Origin: an uncultured Gammaproteobacteria bacterium
GTDB lineage: Bacteria > Patescibacteriota > Microgenomatia > UBA10105 > UBA927
Direction: 5' to 3'
NCBI GenBank assembly: GCA_964356315.1
Contig: CAYHHA010000007.1
Location: forward strand, 1-61,367
DNA length: 61,367 nucleotides
Position numbers and translations under genes: made by a program
In this document: piece by piece, positions 17,883 to 28,426 of the stretch
Position numbering within the stretch: position 1 is the stretch's first letter
Layout: every line of letters starts with the position of its first letter
The notes under the pieces: model-generated
Told to the model about the DNA's origin: nothing
Database searches by the model: none
What the model saw: the letters and a program-made list of their open reading frames with translations, nothing else

Positions 17883-18743
17883 TTAAATAAACTCTTCCAA
17901 CACCGAAGAAAGATGCTCTGTATCTATCGGGCTTTTTACAAGTGGCCCATCTAAAAGAGCTGGCTCATATGATTCACATGTTGGTTTATCTTCTTTATAA
18001 AATACGCCGTACGGAATCTTATCTCCCCACTCCATAGCCTTTTCCATCGCTTTGATTTTATTATCAGGGACATACCCCTCTGATTGAAGCGTGTAAAGTC
18101 TCTGTCTGTACCATTGATACGTGTGAACTTTATCGAAGGTGACACATGGCTGCAAAATATCGACCAATGCAAATCCTTTGTGCTCGATAGCCTGACTCAT
18201 AAGGGAAATAAGCCCAGGAGTATCTCCTGCAAATCCCCGAGCCACAAACGTTGCGCCTGCCGCAAGCGCAAAAACTAATGGATTAATAGGCGCATCGACA
18301 ACGCCCCCCGGGGTCGATTTTGTCACAAATCCTGGTTTTGCCGTTGGGGAAGCCTGACCTGTGGTAAGCCCATATACTTGATTATCATGAAGCATGACGG
18401 TAATATCTGGATTTCTCTTGGCGGCATGAAGAAAATGATTCCCACCCTCACCAAGACCATCTCCATCTCCAGAAACGATAATAACCGGCAAAGTATGGTT
18501 TGCCATTTTTACTCCTTGAGCTACTGGGAGCGTCCTACCATGAAGCCCTGAAAACCCATACATATGCATCCAGCTATACATATTGCCATGACATCCCACT
18601 CCATAAATTGCGAGACCATCTTCAGGTCCTATGCCACGAGCCACGAGCGCTTCTTTGAGCGCGGTCCAGATGCCATAATCTCCACACCCAGGGCACCATG
18701 TTGGTAAATGTGATGTTGCAAATGCACTACTGTTTTGAATCAT
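17883..18743 (-). CDS. 2-oxoacid:ferredoxin oxidoreductase beta subunit
   Basis: WCPGCG, GDGD TPP motif, YGLTTGQ. Confidence 0.95.
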   Translation of the reverse strand: MIQNSSAFATSHLPTWCPGCGDYGIWTALKEALVARGIGPEDGLAIYGVGCHGNMYSWMHMYGFSGLHGRTLPVAQGVKMANHTLPVIIVSGDGDGLGEGGNHFLHAAKRNPDITVMLHDNQVYGLTTGQASPTAKPGFVTKSTPGGVVDAPINPLVFALAAGATFVARGFAGDTPGLISLMSQAIEHKGFALVDILQPCVTFDKVHTYQWYRQRLYTLQSEGYVPDNKIKAMEKAMEWGDKIPYGVFYKEDKPTCESYEPALLDGPLVKSPIDTEHLSSVLEEFI

Positions 18744-20482
18744 ACATTCCTCCGAATAGATTCCACAATATCTTCAGGAAAAAATGGTCTTCCATCATAT
18801 TTCAATATTTTTTCTTTTATTTCTATCCCTGTATACTCACGTATAATCGATGCGAGCTGTCCCGTCGCATTTTGCTCAACATCGACAATTCTTTTTGCAG
18901 TACTAAGCAGTGAGGTGACTTGTTCGGAGGCAAATGGAAACATCCACGTAAAATGATACAGATTTGCTTTTATCCCCTGTTCCTTCAGCATAGCGATTGC
19001 ATCGATCACAGGACCGCGTGATGAGCCCCAACTTACAAACGTGATGTCTGCATCCGGCTCCCCGTACAACACAGGGGGCTTACTATCTGCTTGCATTGCT
19101 TTAAGTTTCTTTAATCTTTTTCCTGCCATAAGGACCCTCTCATGAGGAGATTCCGTCACAACACCCTCTTCATCATGCTCATAGGCATTTGATATGTACA
19201 CGCCACCTTTTTGTCCTGGAACACTTCGAAGTGATGCGCCGTTTTCTGTATCCAGCGAGTATCGTTTATATGATCCATCCGTCGGCAAATCAGCGTCTTT
19301 GGCTAATTTCCCTCGATCGATGATCAATTCTTTTTTGAACACTGACTCAGGCACACACCATTGACTCTCATTCATATATTTGTCTGTCAGAACTATTACG
19401 GGAATTTGATATCTATCAGCGAGATTAAATGCATCGAATGTCATCTGGAATGCTTCCCCAGCATCGCTCGGAGCTAAAACTATCTTTGGAAATTCTCCAT
19501 GACCAGAATGAATGGCAAACTGTAAATCTCCCTGTTCGGTCCACGTTGGCATACCCGTTGCAGGTCCTACGCGCATACCAAGATCTATAACGATAGGGAG
19601 CTCCATCATACCTGCTAATGAAATTGCCTCAACCATCAATGCAAATCCGCCACCAGATGAGGCTACCATACTCCGTACCCCTGCAAGAGATGCGCCAAGT
19701 GCCATATTTATACCTGCAATTTCATCTTCTGGCTGTCTGTATACAATCTTTAGCTCTTTCGCATGATCTGCCAAAAATGAAATCAAGGAATTTATTGGAG
19801 TCATGGGGTAAATCGCTGCAAACTTCAGCCCTGCTCTATACGCCCCAATACCAACAGCGTCACTGGCATTGATTATAAGCTTAGGCTCCGACGAAGCTAC
19901 CGGCTCTATATGCATGGAGTTCTCATCGGCAAAATGAGTCTTCACATAATCGTACCCCTGTTTTGCAATGGCAATATTTGCATCTATAACTGCCTGTTTT
20001 TTCTTTTTAAACTGATCCTTAATGACTGACTCCAAAAAGCCGAAGTCAACACCCATAAGGGCGACCGTAGCCCCGAGCGCTATAGTGTTTTTCATAACCG
20101 GGACCCCGTTTGCCTCTACAACCAACTGTGATAACGGAACAGGCAATAGTTTTACGGGTTTTGGAAAATCCGCTTGTGTCCATTCTTTGTCTTTTGGATC
20201 ATAGACCACCAGCGCATTCTCAGAAAGCTCTGATTTGTGAACCTCAACACTGAGATTATGCAGTGCGACAAGAATCTGAACATCGCGATTTAAGGACTCA
20301 AAATATTTTGAAGATATACGAACGGTAATAATATTATGCCCGCCTCGGATCAAAGAAGGATATTCGTTTGTACAGAGAGTGTAATACCCATTTCTGGCAA
20401 ATGCTTTTGAAATCATCGTCCCCGCTGACATAATGCCAAAGCCTGCCTCACCGCTAATTTTCCATGTAACTGAGTGTGTCAT
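18740..20482 (-). CDS. 2-oxoacid:ferredoxin oxidoreductase alpha subunit (gamma-alpha fusion)
   Basis: GEAGFG, YPMTP, EDEIA, GPATGMPT. Confidence 0.95.
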   Translation of the reverse strand: MTHSVTWKISGEAGFGIMSAGTMISKAFARNGYYTLCTNEYPSLIRGGHNIITVRISSKYFESLNRDVQILVALHNLSVEVHKSELSENALVVYDPKDKEWTQADFPKPVKLLPVPLSQLVVEANGVPVMKNTIALGATVALMGVDFGFLESVIKDQFKKKKQAVIDANIAIAKQGYDYVKTHFADENSMHIEPVASSEPKLIINASDAVGIGAYRAGLKFAAIYPMTPINSLISFLADHAKELKIVYRQPEDEIAGINMALGASLAGVRSMVASSGGGFALMVEAISLAGMMELPIVIDLGMRVGPATGMPTWTEQGDLQFAIHSGHGEFPKIVLAPSDAGEAFQMTFDAFNLADRYQIPVIVLTDKYMNESQWCVPESVFKKELIIDRGKLAKDADLPTDGSYKRYSLDTENGASLRSVPGQKGGVYISNAYEHDEEGVVTESPHERVLMAGKRLKKLKAMQADSKPPVLYGEPDADITFVSWGSSRGPVIDAIAMLKEQGIKANLYHFTWMFPFASEQVTSLLSTAKRIVDVEQNATGQLASIIREYTGIEIKEKILKYDGRPFFPEDIVESIRRNV

Positions 20483-20562
20483 AAATTTATCGATTAACAG
20501 AGATGAAATCTATCATGACATGGATTTTCCAGTAAATCAATAACGGGATTGGGGAGAATAGA

Positions 20563-20726
20563 AGCTTAGCGAGCTTAGGAGGTTAGTGGCTTAGAGATTT
20601 GAGACAAGGGACAGGAGACTAGGGGACAGGATTTAAGATTTAAGATTTAGGATTTAAGATTTAGGACTGCTGAAAGCTGAGAGCTGATAGCTGATAGCTG
20701 AGCGCTTTATTCATGATTCGTGATTC
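20563..20726. repeat. Mosaic of 7-8-mer tandem repeat tracts
   Basis: gatttaR x5 (20630-20664), gctgaNa x5 (20669-20702), plus gcttag, gggaca and tgattc units. Confidence 0.85.
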
Positions 20727-20732
20727 AATCGA

Positions 20733-20984
20733 TTATGGAAACAGCTGTTTTCCATCTGCATCTGTAATGAAGATTGCCATAACAGGACAAGCTTTCGCCG
20801 CTTCGATAAGCGTTTCATCTGTTTCTTGATCTGATGTATCCAAGATTATTGCTTTAGCTTCATCGTTTAATGACCAAGCCTTGGGGGCAATTGCAATGCA
20901 CGTTGCAGCACCAATGCAAAGATCCTGGTCGATCCTCATCGTGAGTGTGCGAATAGTACGTTTTTTCGTCAGATCGTCTGCCAT
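20733..20984 (-). CDS. Single-cluster ferredoxin (3Fe-4S/4Fe-4S type)
   Basis: CIGAATC...ACPVMAI. Confidence 0.9.
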   Translation of the reverse strand: MADDLTKKRTIRTLTMRIDQDLCIGAATCIAIAPKAWSLNDEAKAIILDTSDQETDETLIEAAKACPVMAIFITDADGKQLFP

Positions 20985-21004
20985 ACGTTGGTTATACACA
21001 AAAG

Positions 21005-21391
21005 CTATGTATTTTTCAATGACATAATAAGTTTTTGTAACACTTCAAGAGATAATAGTGCGCATTTCATTCGCGATGGTGTCAATGGCGTTCCTAGCAT
21101 TTCTATTATATCTGCGGAGGATAATTTCAACACATCCTGTATCGTCACGCCGATCACTTTTTCCGTCAACATAGATGCACTTGCCTGACTTATGGCACAA
21201 CCTTCTCCGGAAAACCGGATATCTTTGATTTTTCTGACAGCTGACAGCTCACCGCTGACCGCTATTTCCATATTTATTTTATCTCCACAAGTGACATTCC
21301 CCGCTTCCATAACCGCATCGGGATGATCCAGGTGACCAAAATTCCTGGGATGTTTGTAGTGATCTAAAATTATTTCTCTGTAGATATCCAT
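21005..21391 (-). CDS. sufU: SufU/NifU-like Fe-S assembly protein
   Basis: YREIILDHY, CGD, GCAISQAS, RMKCA. Confidence 0.93.
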   Translation of the reverse strand: MDIYREIILDHYKHPRNFGHLDHPDAVMEAGNVTCGDKINMEIAVSGELSAVRKIKDIRFSGEGCAISQASASMLTEKVIGVTIQDVLKLSSADIIEMLGTPLTPSRMKCALLSLEVLQKLIMSLKNT

Positions 21392-21442
21392 ACGAACTGA
21401 AAAATATAATTTTCAATAACCAATTACCAAACTCCAAACACA

Positions 21443-22672
21443 CTATCCAAATATTTGTTTAACTTTTTCTAGGCCTTCGATCAATAGATCTATATCCTTA
21501 GGTGTTGTGTACAGGTAAAAAGACGCCCGAGCAGTGGCTGAAAGACCCATAGAAAGATGAAGTGGCATAGCGCAATGGTTTCCTGAACGAATGCAAATAG
21601 TATCTTCATTTAACACTTGTGCTATATCATGCGCATGGGCACTTTTCATGGTAAAGGCAACGACTCCCCCTTTCACTTCAACATCCGTTGGACCATACAT
21701 AGTCAGACCAGAAACACGAGACAGTTGTTTGATAGCATATGAGGTGATCTCTTTTTCATGCATTCTGATGGCATCCATGCCAATCATCGTCAAATAATCA
21801 ATCGCGGCCCCAAAGCCAATAACCCCGGCAATATGTGGCGTCCCTGCCTCGAATTTATGCGGAGGTTTTTTAAATAATGATTTTTGTTCCGTGACCTCTT
21901 CAATCATTTCTCCTCCATACAGAAACGGAGACAATCGTTCCAAGAGTTCATATTTTGCCCACATAACACCAATACCAGTGGGCCCCAACATTTTATGAGA
22001 TGAGAATACAACTACATCTGCTCCCCACGTATTCACATCTAAAGCCATATGCGGGGCAGATTGTGCTGCATCCACTAGCACTAAACAATCAGGATTTATC
22101 TTTTTTACCATTTCTACGATCTTGGCAATCGGGGTAATTGTTCCAAGTACGTTGGACAGTGCGGTAACTGCCAACACTTTCGTTTTTTTCGTTACGAGCG
22201 TTTCCAGATCTTTGAGATCTAACTGGCCGTCTTGCGTCGCGCGCCAAATATCCAAAATCCATCCCCTATCTTTTCCCAACTGTTGCCAAGGAACAAAATT
22301 CGAATGATGTTCCATGATGCTGACGGCGATATGGTCTCCGGAATGAATTTCTGAAAGTCCATAGCTATAGGCAAATAAATTTATAGATTCCGATGTATTT
22401 CTGGTAAATACTACTTCACTAGGATTTGTTGCTCCGATAAATGAGGCCACTTTAACTCGGGCATCCTCATACTCCTTTGTGGCCTCTTCACTGGTTGTAT
22501 AGATGCCACGGAAAATATTCGCTGTATATTTTGTATAATATTCGTTCTCTTTATCAATAACCGATTGAGGCTTCAACGATGTCGCTGTGGAATCCAAATA
22601 GATAATTTGTTTCCCCTGTATCTTTCTTTGAAATTGAGGAAAATCTTTCTTGCAATCCAAAATTGTAGACAT
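21443..22672 (-). CDS. sufS: Cysteine desulfurase
   Basis: SSHKMLGPTG, EAGTP, RSGNHCA. Confidence 0.95.
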   Translation of the reverse strand: MSTILDCKKDFPQFQRKIQGKQIIYLDSTATSLKPQSVIDKENEYYTKYTANIFRGIYTTSEEATKEYEDARVKVASFIGATNPSEVVFTRNTSESINLFAYSYGLSEIHSGDHIAVSIMEHHSNFVPWQQLGKDRGWILDIWRATQDGQLDLKDLETLVTKKTKVLAVTALSNVLGTITPIAKIVEMVKKINPDCLVLVDAAQSAPHMALDVNTWGADVVVFSSHKMLGPTGIGVMWAKYELLERLSPFLYGGEMIEEVTEQKSLFKKPPHKFEAGTPHIAGVIGFGAAIDYLTMIGMDAIRMHEKEITSYAIKQLSRVSGLTMYGPTDVEVKGGVVAFTMKSAHAHDIAQVLNEDTICIRSGNHCAMPLHLSMGLSATARASFYLYTTPKDIDLLIEGLEKVKQIFG

Positions 22673-22674
22673 AG

Positions 22675-22986
22675 TTATACCCGTATAAAAATATCTTGGC
22701 CTTCTACTTTGGTTTCGTACGTGGCAACATCAACCGTTGCCGGTAGTGTGAGCGCTTTCCCTGTGGCAACATCAAATTGAGCGCCGTGACACCCACAAAC
22801 AATTGCACCGCCGTCTAAAAATCCTGAGGATCCCAGAGAACATGCCTTGTGTGTACATTCATCATCTATTGCAAAAAAATTACCATCGATATTTGCAATC
22901 GCAATTTTTTTCCCTCCCACGGTAACGGTACTTTTTGTCCCTTTTGGAATTTCATCGACGGTTGAAGCTTTTATATATGTTGACAT
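22675..22986 (-). CDS. Rieske-type [2Fe-2S] ferredoxin
   Basis: CTH...CGCHG. Confidence 0.92.
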   Translation of the reverse strand: MSTYIKASTVDEIPKGTKSTVTVGGKKIAIANIDGNFFAIDDECTHKACSLGSSGFLDGGAIVCGCHGAQFDVATGKALTLPATVDVATYETKVEGQDIFIRV

Positions 22987-22995
22987 ATGGCAATA

Positions 22996-23658
22996 TTATA
23001 GCGCGTCGGCAACAGATTGGAAGAGTTTTTGTTTTATAGCCTCGTTGGAAATCATATCTATGCCTTTTTGAAAGAACCCTGAGATAATGAGACTCTCCGC
23101 CCTTTTTCGTGATATTCCTCGAGTAGACAAATACCAAAGTTCCTCCTGTGATATTGGCCCCATGGTCGCTCCATGAGTACATCGAACATCATCTGCAAGT
23201 ATCTCAAGTGATGGCATGCTCGTCGCTTTTGCATTTCTTGAAAGAATTAAATTTTCGTTGCGTTGGTAGGCATTTGTTTTTTGAGCGCCCAATTCAACGC
23301 GAATACCACCTTCTATGCTTGAAGTTGCACTATCCCACAGAGCGGTTTTCACCAACAAATTACTAGTCGTATCCTGAGCCTCATGATATTGCATAGTATG
23401 CAAATTGATCTGCGCCTCTTTCTTAGCTATAACCAGTCCCAAAATAGTTGCACTTGATCCGGGACTTGCCAATCGTACCGCAAATCTTGAAGACACATGT
23501 TTTTGATTAAAAGACACGATCACAATCGTACACTCCGACTCATTTTGCACGATGTACTCATGCGTTGATTCCCCTTCTGGGAGTGGAACGATAATAGTTT
23601 TTGATGTTGAAATAATCATATTTGTCCTTCGATATGCGTAGGATTTCGCTTGGCTCAA
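22996..23658 (-). CDS. sufD: SufD (short form; start may be 23619)
   Basis: [24 protein letters not shown]. Confidence 0.9.
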   Translation of the reverse strand: MSQAKSYAYRRTNMIISTSKTIIVPLPEGESTHEYIVQNESECTIVIVSFNQKHVSSRFAVRLASPGSSATILGLVIAKKEAQINLHTMQYHEAQDTTSNLLVKTALWDSATSSIEGGIRVELGAQKTNAYQRNENLILSRNAKATSMPSLEILADDVRCTHGATMGPISQEELWYLSTRGISRKRAESLIISGFFQKGIDMISNEAIKQKLFQSVADAL

Positions 23659-25049
23659 CCCACAGAGCCCTCCATTTGCAATTGGATAAGTCTGTTCATT
23701 TCTACCGCATATTCAAGTGGCAGTTCTTTTACAATTGGTTCAATAAATCCGTTCACAATCATGGATTCTGCCTGCCCTTTTTCTATCCCTCTACTTTGCA
23801 GATAAAATAACTGTTCATCACCGATTTTTGAAACTGTTGCCTCATGCTCTATGGAAACATCCTGCTCATGAATGTTCATAGTGGGGTAGGTATCGGATCT
23901 TGATGCATCATCCAACAGAAGCGCATCACAGACGACTTTACTCTTCACGTTTGTAGCACCTTTTTGAACCTCTACTAATCCCCTATATGATGTACGTCCG
24001 CCTGACTTACTGATAGATTTTGAGATAATCTGGGAAGATGTTTCGGGCGCGACGTGAACCATTTTTCCACCGGCATCCTGATGCTGATTAGCTCCCGCAT
24101 ACGCAATAGATAAAACTTCCCCATGAGCTTTTCTTCCCAATAAATAAACACTCGGGTATTTCATCGTAAGCTTACTCCCCAAGTTCCCATCGACCCACTC
24201 CATGACACCTTCTTCCTCCACCACTGCACGTTTTGTGACGAGGTTGTATACATTGGTGCTCCAATTTTGAATAGTAGAATATCGCACGCGGGCTCCTTTT
24301 TTTACAATAATCTCTACAACGGCGCTATGAAGGGAATCTGTGGTATAAATTGGAGCTGTGCATCCTTCCACGTAATGCACAAAACTCCCTTCATCCGCGA
24401 TAATCAACGTCCGCTCAAACTGTCCCATGTTTGCGGCATTTATACGAAAATATGCCTGAAGCGGTAATTCTACATGCACTCCTTTTGGTACATATATAAA
24501 AGACCCTCCGCTCCACACACTACTATTTAATGCCGAAAATTTATTATCACCCGGAGGAATTACTGTACCGAAATACTTTTTTACCAGCTCAGGATATTCC
24601 CGAAGTCCACTATCCATGTCCAAAAACACCACGCCTTTTTTTGTAAGCATCGCATTCATGCTTTTGTACACGACCTCTGATTCGTACTGCGCACTCACGC
24701 CGGCCAAGTACTTTTTTTCTGCTTCAGGAATTCCAATCCTGTCATAGGTATCTTTTATATGCTTCGGAAGGTCTTCCCATGAAGCAACTTTATCCTGGAT
24801 AGGTTTTAGATAATAAAAAATATTCTCAAACTGTATGGCGGAAAGGTCTCCACCCCATAAAGGCATCGGTTTTGCATTGTATTGCATAAAACTCTTCTGT
24901 CGGAATTGGCGCATCCATTCAGGCTCATTCTTGTGATTGCTTATAGCTGTTATAACGTCAGCGTCTAAACCACGCTTAGATTTAAACACGTATTCTTCAG
25001 GCTTATGGAAGCCATATTTATAGGAGTCATCGATAATCGGCGCTGACAT
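23655..25049 (-). CDS. sufB: Fe-S assembly protein SufB
   Basis: [24 protein letters not shown]. Confidence 0.97.
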   Translation of the reverse strand: MSAPIIDDSYKYGFHKPEEYVFKSKRGLDADVITAISNHKNEPEWMRQFRQKSFMQYNAKPMPLWGGDLSAIQFENIFYYLKPIQDKVASWEDLPKHIKDTYDRIGIPEAEKKYLAGVSAQYESEVVYKSMNAMLTKKGVVFLDMDSGLREYPELVKKYFGTVIPPGDNKFSALNSSVWSGGSFIYVPKGVHVELPLQAYFRINAANMGQFERTLIIADEGSFVHYVEGCTAPIYTTDSLHSAVVEIIVKKGARVRYSTIQNWSTNVYNLVTKRAVVEEEGVMEWVDGNLGSKLTMKYPSVYLLGRKAHGEVLSIAYAGANQHQDAGGKMVHVAPETSSQIISKSISKSGGRTSYRGLVEVQKGATNVKSKVVCDALLLDDASRSDTYPTMNIHEQDVSIEHEATVSKIGDEQLFYLQSRGIEKGQAESMIVNGFIEPIVKELPLEYAVEMNRLIQLQMEGSVG

Positions 25050-25056
25050 AGATTTT

Positions 25057-25159
25057 AGTTTATAAAGTTCTGAGTTTATAAAGTCATAAAGTTAGGTCGT
25101 TACGAACTGAGTACTTTATGAACTTTGAGTGTTATGAACTTAGAACTTTATAAACTCAG
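25057..25159. repeat. Inverted arrays of 8-mer repeats between sufC and sufB
   Basis: ctgagtttataaagt (25070-25084) / actttataaactcag (25145-25159) perfect IR, plus degenerate units. Confidence 0.8.
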
Positions 25160-25162
25160 TAC

Positions 25163-25972
25163 TTATTTGAGATATTTCTCGTACCCTTCGTCTTCAATCT
25201 CTTTTGCTAGAGAGGCGTTTCCAGTTTTTACGATGGAACCCTTTACCAATATGTGTACCACATCAGGATTCACATATTTCAAAATCCTTTGATAATGAGT
25301 AACGATGAGTATCCCTGTTCCCCGTTTTGCTAAAATTCCTATTCCCTTTGCAACAAGACGGAGCGCATCTACATCAAGCCCTGTGTCTATTTCATCAAAA
25401 ATTGCGAATTTTGGTTGAAGAACCAGCGCCTGAAGCATTTCTATTTTTTTCTTTTCGCCACCGGAAAATCCATCATGAATTCCTCGACTTAAAAAAGAAT
25501 CATCGATTTTCAATAATGCCGCGTCTTCTTTTATCCGTTTCATGAATTCGCCGATAGTCATGCCACCCGCGTTCCATCTGCGATTTAATACAGGATTTTG
25601 GACCTTCGAGTCATTTTCTGATGTTTTATCACCATATAACTCTTGAAATGCCGTTCGAAGTAAATTAAGCACACTAACCCCTGGCACAGAAACGGGAGAC
25701 TGAAACGCAAGAAAAATCCCAGCCTTCGCTCTCTCTTCTGGTGTTTTTCCGATCATCGATTTCTTATCTATCCTAATTTGGGATTTAGGATTTGAGATTT
25801 GATAGTGTGGATGCCCCATGATCACGCTTGAGAGTGTGGATTTTCCGCTCCCATTTGGACCCATAAGCGCATGGACTTCTCCTGAAGCAATAACGAGAGA
25901 AACATCTGACAATATTTCTTTATCTAAGACAGTCGCTTTGATATGTGATACTTCAAACACGTGATGTTTCAT
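25163..25972 (-). CDS. sufC: Fe-S assembly ATPase SufC
   Basis: GPNGSGKS, FSGGEKK, DEIDTGLDVDAL. Confidence 0.95.
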   Translation of the reverse strand: MKHHVFEVSHIKATVLDKEILSDVSLVIASGEVHALMGPNGSGKSTLSSVIMGHPHYQISNPKSQIRIDKKSMIGKTPEERAKAGIFLAFQSPVSVPGVSVLNLLRTAFQELYGDKTSENDSKVQNPVLNRRWNAGGMTIGEFMKRIKEDAALLKIDDSFLSRGIHDGFSGGEKKKIEMLQALVLQPKFAIFDEIDTGLDVDALRLVAKGIGILAKRGTGILIVTHYQRILKYVNPDVVHILVKGSIVKTGNASLAKEIEDEGYEKYLK

Positions 25973-26002
25973 GAACACCATTATACATAATTGTGAGAAA
26001 TA

Positions 26003-26791
26003 TTACAGTTTCGAAGAAATATGGTCATTTTTTCCCATAAATATCTCTCGAACTCCGTGCATACGAAAAATGTAATACTCTTGTTTTACAAGAGGATTAT
26101 GCTCCAAAGAAAGAAATCGCTCTACATCTTCGGATTGTGAGACGTGACAGCGAAGCGCTCGTTTTTTCAGTTGTTGAAACCCTTCGGCGCTTATAGCCGT
26201 TGTAATAAATTTATCGGGGGTGCCAAGCATTGGTTTTCCAAAGGATTCCTCTGGGAAAATTTTCATTTTCTTCAGATATTCTACGGTTGTTTCAGGAACA
26301 CACGTATAATATAGCTTCGGCGCTGAGTCCTCGGAATAATCTGGGTTATCCTTCAGAGCATTTTGAATCTGGAACGCATATTTTTGGAATGCAAATGTTG
26401 TCGCAAAACTCAGTCGTATATGATCCGGATGATTACTTACGCCAGACGTATCAAATGTTATCACTATGTCTGGAACCAATTCGATCATTTTTTGATAGAG
26501 TATCTCTTCTAATTTACCTGGTGGATCTGACTCAAGTGTGCCATCTACGTATTTCAAAAAAGATATCGTTGAGATTCCTAAATACGATGCTGCGTTTTCC
26601 AGTTCTATTTGCCGAATAAATCCCAACGCCTCTGGCGTCTTTTCTCCATACGATCCCGTTTCTCCTTTTTCGCCACGTGTGGCGCAAACCAGATCTATGG
26701 TCCAACCTAGTTTGGCATATTTGGCGATGGTTGCGGCTGATGAAAACGATTCATCGTCCGGATGGGCAAAAACCAATAACATTCGTTTCAT
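26003..26791 (-). CDS. PIG-L family deacetylase
   Basis: AHPDDE, HPDH, HVSQ. Confidence 0.9.
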   Translation of the reverse strand: MKRMLLVFAHPDDESFSSAATIAKYAKLGWTIDLVCATRGEKGETGSYGEKTPEALGFIRQIELENAASYLGISTISFLKYVDGTLESDPPGKLEEILYQKMIELVPDIVITFDTSGVSNHPDHIRLSFATTFAFQKYAFQIQNALKDNPDYSEDSAPKLYYTCVPETTVEYLKKMKIFPEESFGKPMLGTPDKFITTAISAEGFQQLKKRALRCHVSQSEDVERFLSLEHNPLVKQEYYIFRMHGVREIFMGKNDHISSKL

Positions 26792-26848
26792 GCTCGTATA
26801 GTACCAGACGCGTATGAAGAATCATAGTCAGTTTGCTATAATCAAGTA

Positions 26849-27712
26849 GTGATCATATCTATAGACTACCCAACAGACTGGACTGACTATGAACTTCTAG
26901 ATTCAGGCAGTGGCGAAAAGCTTGAACGATTTGGCTCGTATATCATCGCCCGTCCTGATCCTCGAGCTCTGTGGAAAAAAACAAATATACCCCTTTGGAC
27001 ACGAGCAAATGCAGTATTTACCCGGACTGATCCAAAAACGGGAACATGGGAGATAACGTCACCTCCACCAAATCCATGGCTTTTATCTTATAAATCCCTC
27101 TCATTTACTCTTCGCCCAACAGAATTTAAACATGTCGGAATATTTCCAGAACAAGCGACCAATTGGGACTGGTTAACTACTGTCATAGGCCAAAGACCAC
27201 TCAACATTCTCAATCTTTTTGCCTACACTGGTGGCGCTACTATGGCATGCCTATCCGCAGGAGCAAAAGTGACGCATGTCGATTCAGCAAAAAGCACGAT
27301 TGCATGGGCAAAAGAAAATCTTGAAGCTTCGAAGCTGATGGAAAAACCAATTCGGTGGATTGAAGATGACGCGTCTAAATTTGTGAAACGTGAAGCGAAA
27401 CGGGGAAATATGTACGATGGCATCATCCTTGACCCACCTCGATTTGGCCGAGGATCTAAGGGTGAAGTTTGGAAACTCGAAGACAATCTTCCATTATTAC
27501 TCCAAGAGTGCAAACAAATTCTGTCTCCAAATGCTTCATTTGTGCTCATCAACGCCTATACAGCAGATATATCTCCCATCGTCCTTGAACGACTCATGCA
27601 GGATATGACCCAAGAAAGAGCAGGAGCTATTCAGACTGGAGAACTTACCCTACGAGAATCGGCATCAGGGAAACTGTTACCCAACGGCATATTCAGCCGG
27701 TGGTCTAGATAA
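26849..27712 (+). CDS. SAM-dependent methyltransferase (RlmI/YwbD-like)
   Basis: LNLFAYTGG, ILDPP, GIFPEQ. Confidence 0.88.
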   Translation: MIISIDYPTDWTDYELLDSGSGEKLERFGSYIIARPDPRALWKKTNIPLWTRANAVFTRTDPKTGTWEITSPPPNPWLLSYKSLSFTLRPTEFKHVGIFPEQATNWDWLTTVIGQRPLNILNLFAYTGGATMACLSAGAKVTHVDSAKSTIAWAKENLEASKLMEKPIRWIEDDASKFVKREAKRGNMYDGIILDPPRFGRGSKGEVWKLEDNLPLLLQECKQILSPNASFVLINAYTADISPIVLERLMQDMTQERAGAIQTGELTLRESASGKLLPNGIFSRWSR

Positions 27713-27718
27713 ATTAGC

Positions 27719-28426
27719 TTATCGAAGCGTCGAAAACCTATTGAGTAATAAAATTCTTAACAATTTGTGTACGAGTATAAATCGTACCCATTTAGGGATG
27801 TTCTCTTTTCTATATATACTTTGGCAAAGCTCTATAATAAATATTCTGAATACCTTAACTACTCTCTGAAATGTGTTCGATTTTCCTTTCACACCATATA
27901 TAATTGATCCCACAACGCCTATTTCCCGAAACGAGGAGTCATGAACGATACGTTCAGTTGCCACACAGCCTGCGCCATCCCATCCGCAAAACGCATCATG
28001 CATAGCAATTACTCCTCCATCTATAACAAACGGCGACCAGAGATCAAAATCTTGTTTTGCAAAAGACTCTTCATGCAATCCATCTATAAACAAAAAAGCA
28101 ATTGACTGGTTCCATTTTTTTGATGCTAATTTGGACGTAGTAACTATAGGGGTTACCGTATCAAACACACCTGCTCTTTTGAGATTTTTTATAAAATTGG
28201 CATACGTTGGAGACAACACCCCACCACTTACATTCCCTTCATGAGGATCAATTGCGGTAACATGATTTGAACCAAGGGAGAGAAAAATCGTCGACTTACC
28301 CTCAAAACTCCCAATTTCGACGATGTCTCCAGCCAATCGTGACACGGACGATGCAACTGTATAGAGAAATACTCCTTCATGCTTCGTCAACCAACCGGGG
28401 ATCGAATATATCCAAGGATCTATCAT
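27719..28426 (-). CDS. Class I SAM methyltransferase (Methyltransf_24-like)
   Basis: EIGSFEGKST, FIDGLH, HD. Confidence 0.85.
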   Translation of the reverse strand: MIDPWIYSIPGWLTKHEGVFLYTVASSVSRLAGDIVEIGSFEGKSTIFLSLGSNHVTAIDPHEGNVSGGVLSPTYANFIKNLKRAGVFDTVTPIVTTSKLASKKWNQSIAFLFIDGLHEESFAKQDFDLWSPFVIDGGVIAMHDAFCGWDGAGCVATERIVHDSSFREIGVVGSIIYGVKGKSNTFQRVVKVFRIFIIELCQSIYRKENIPKWVRFILVHKLLRILLLNRFSTLR

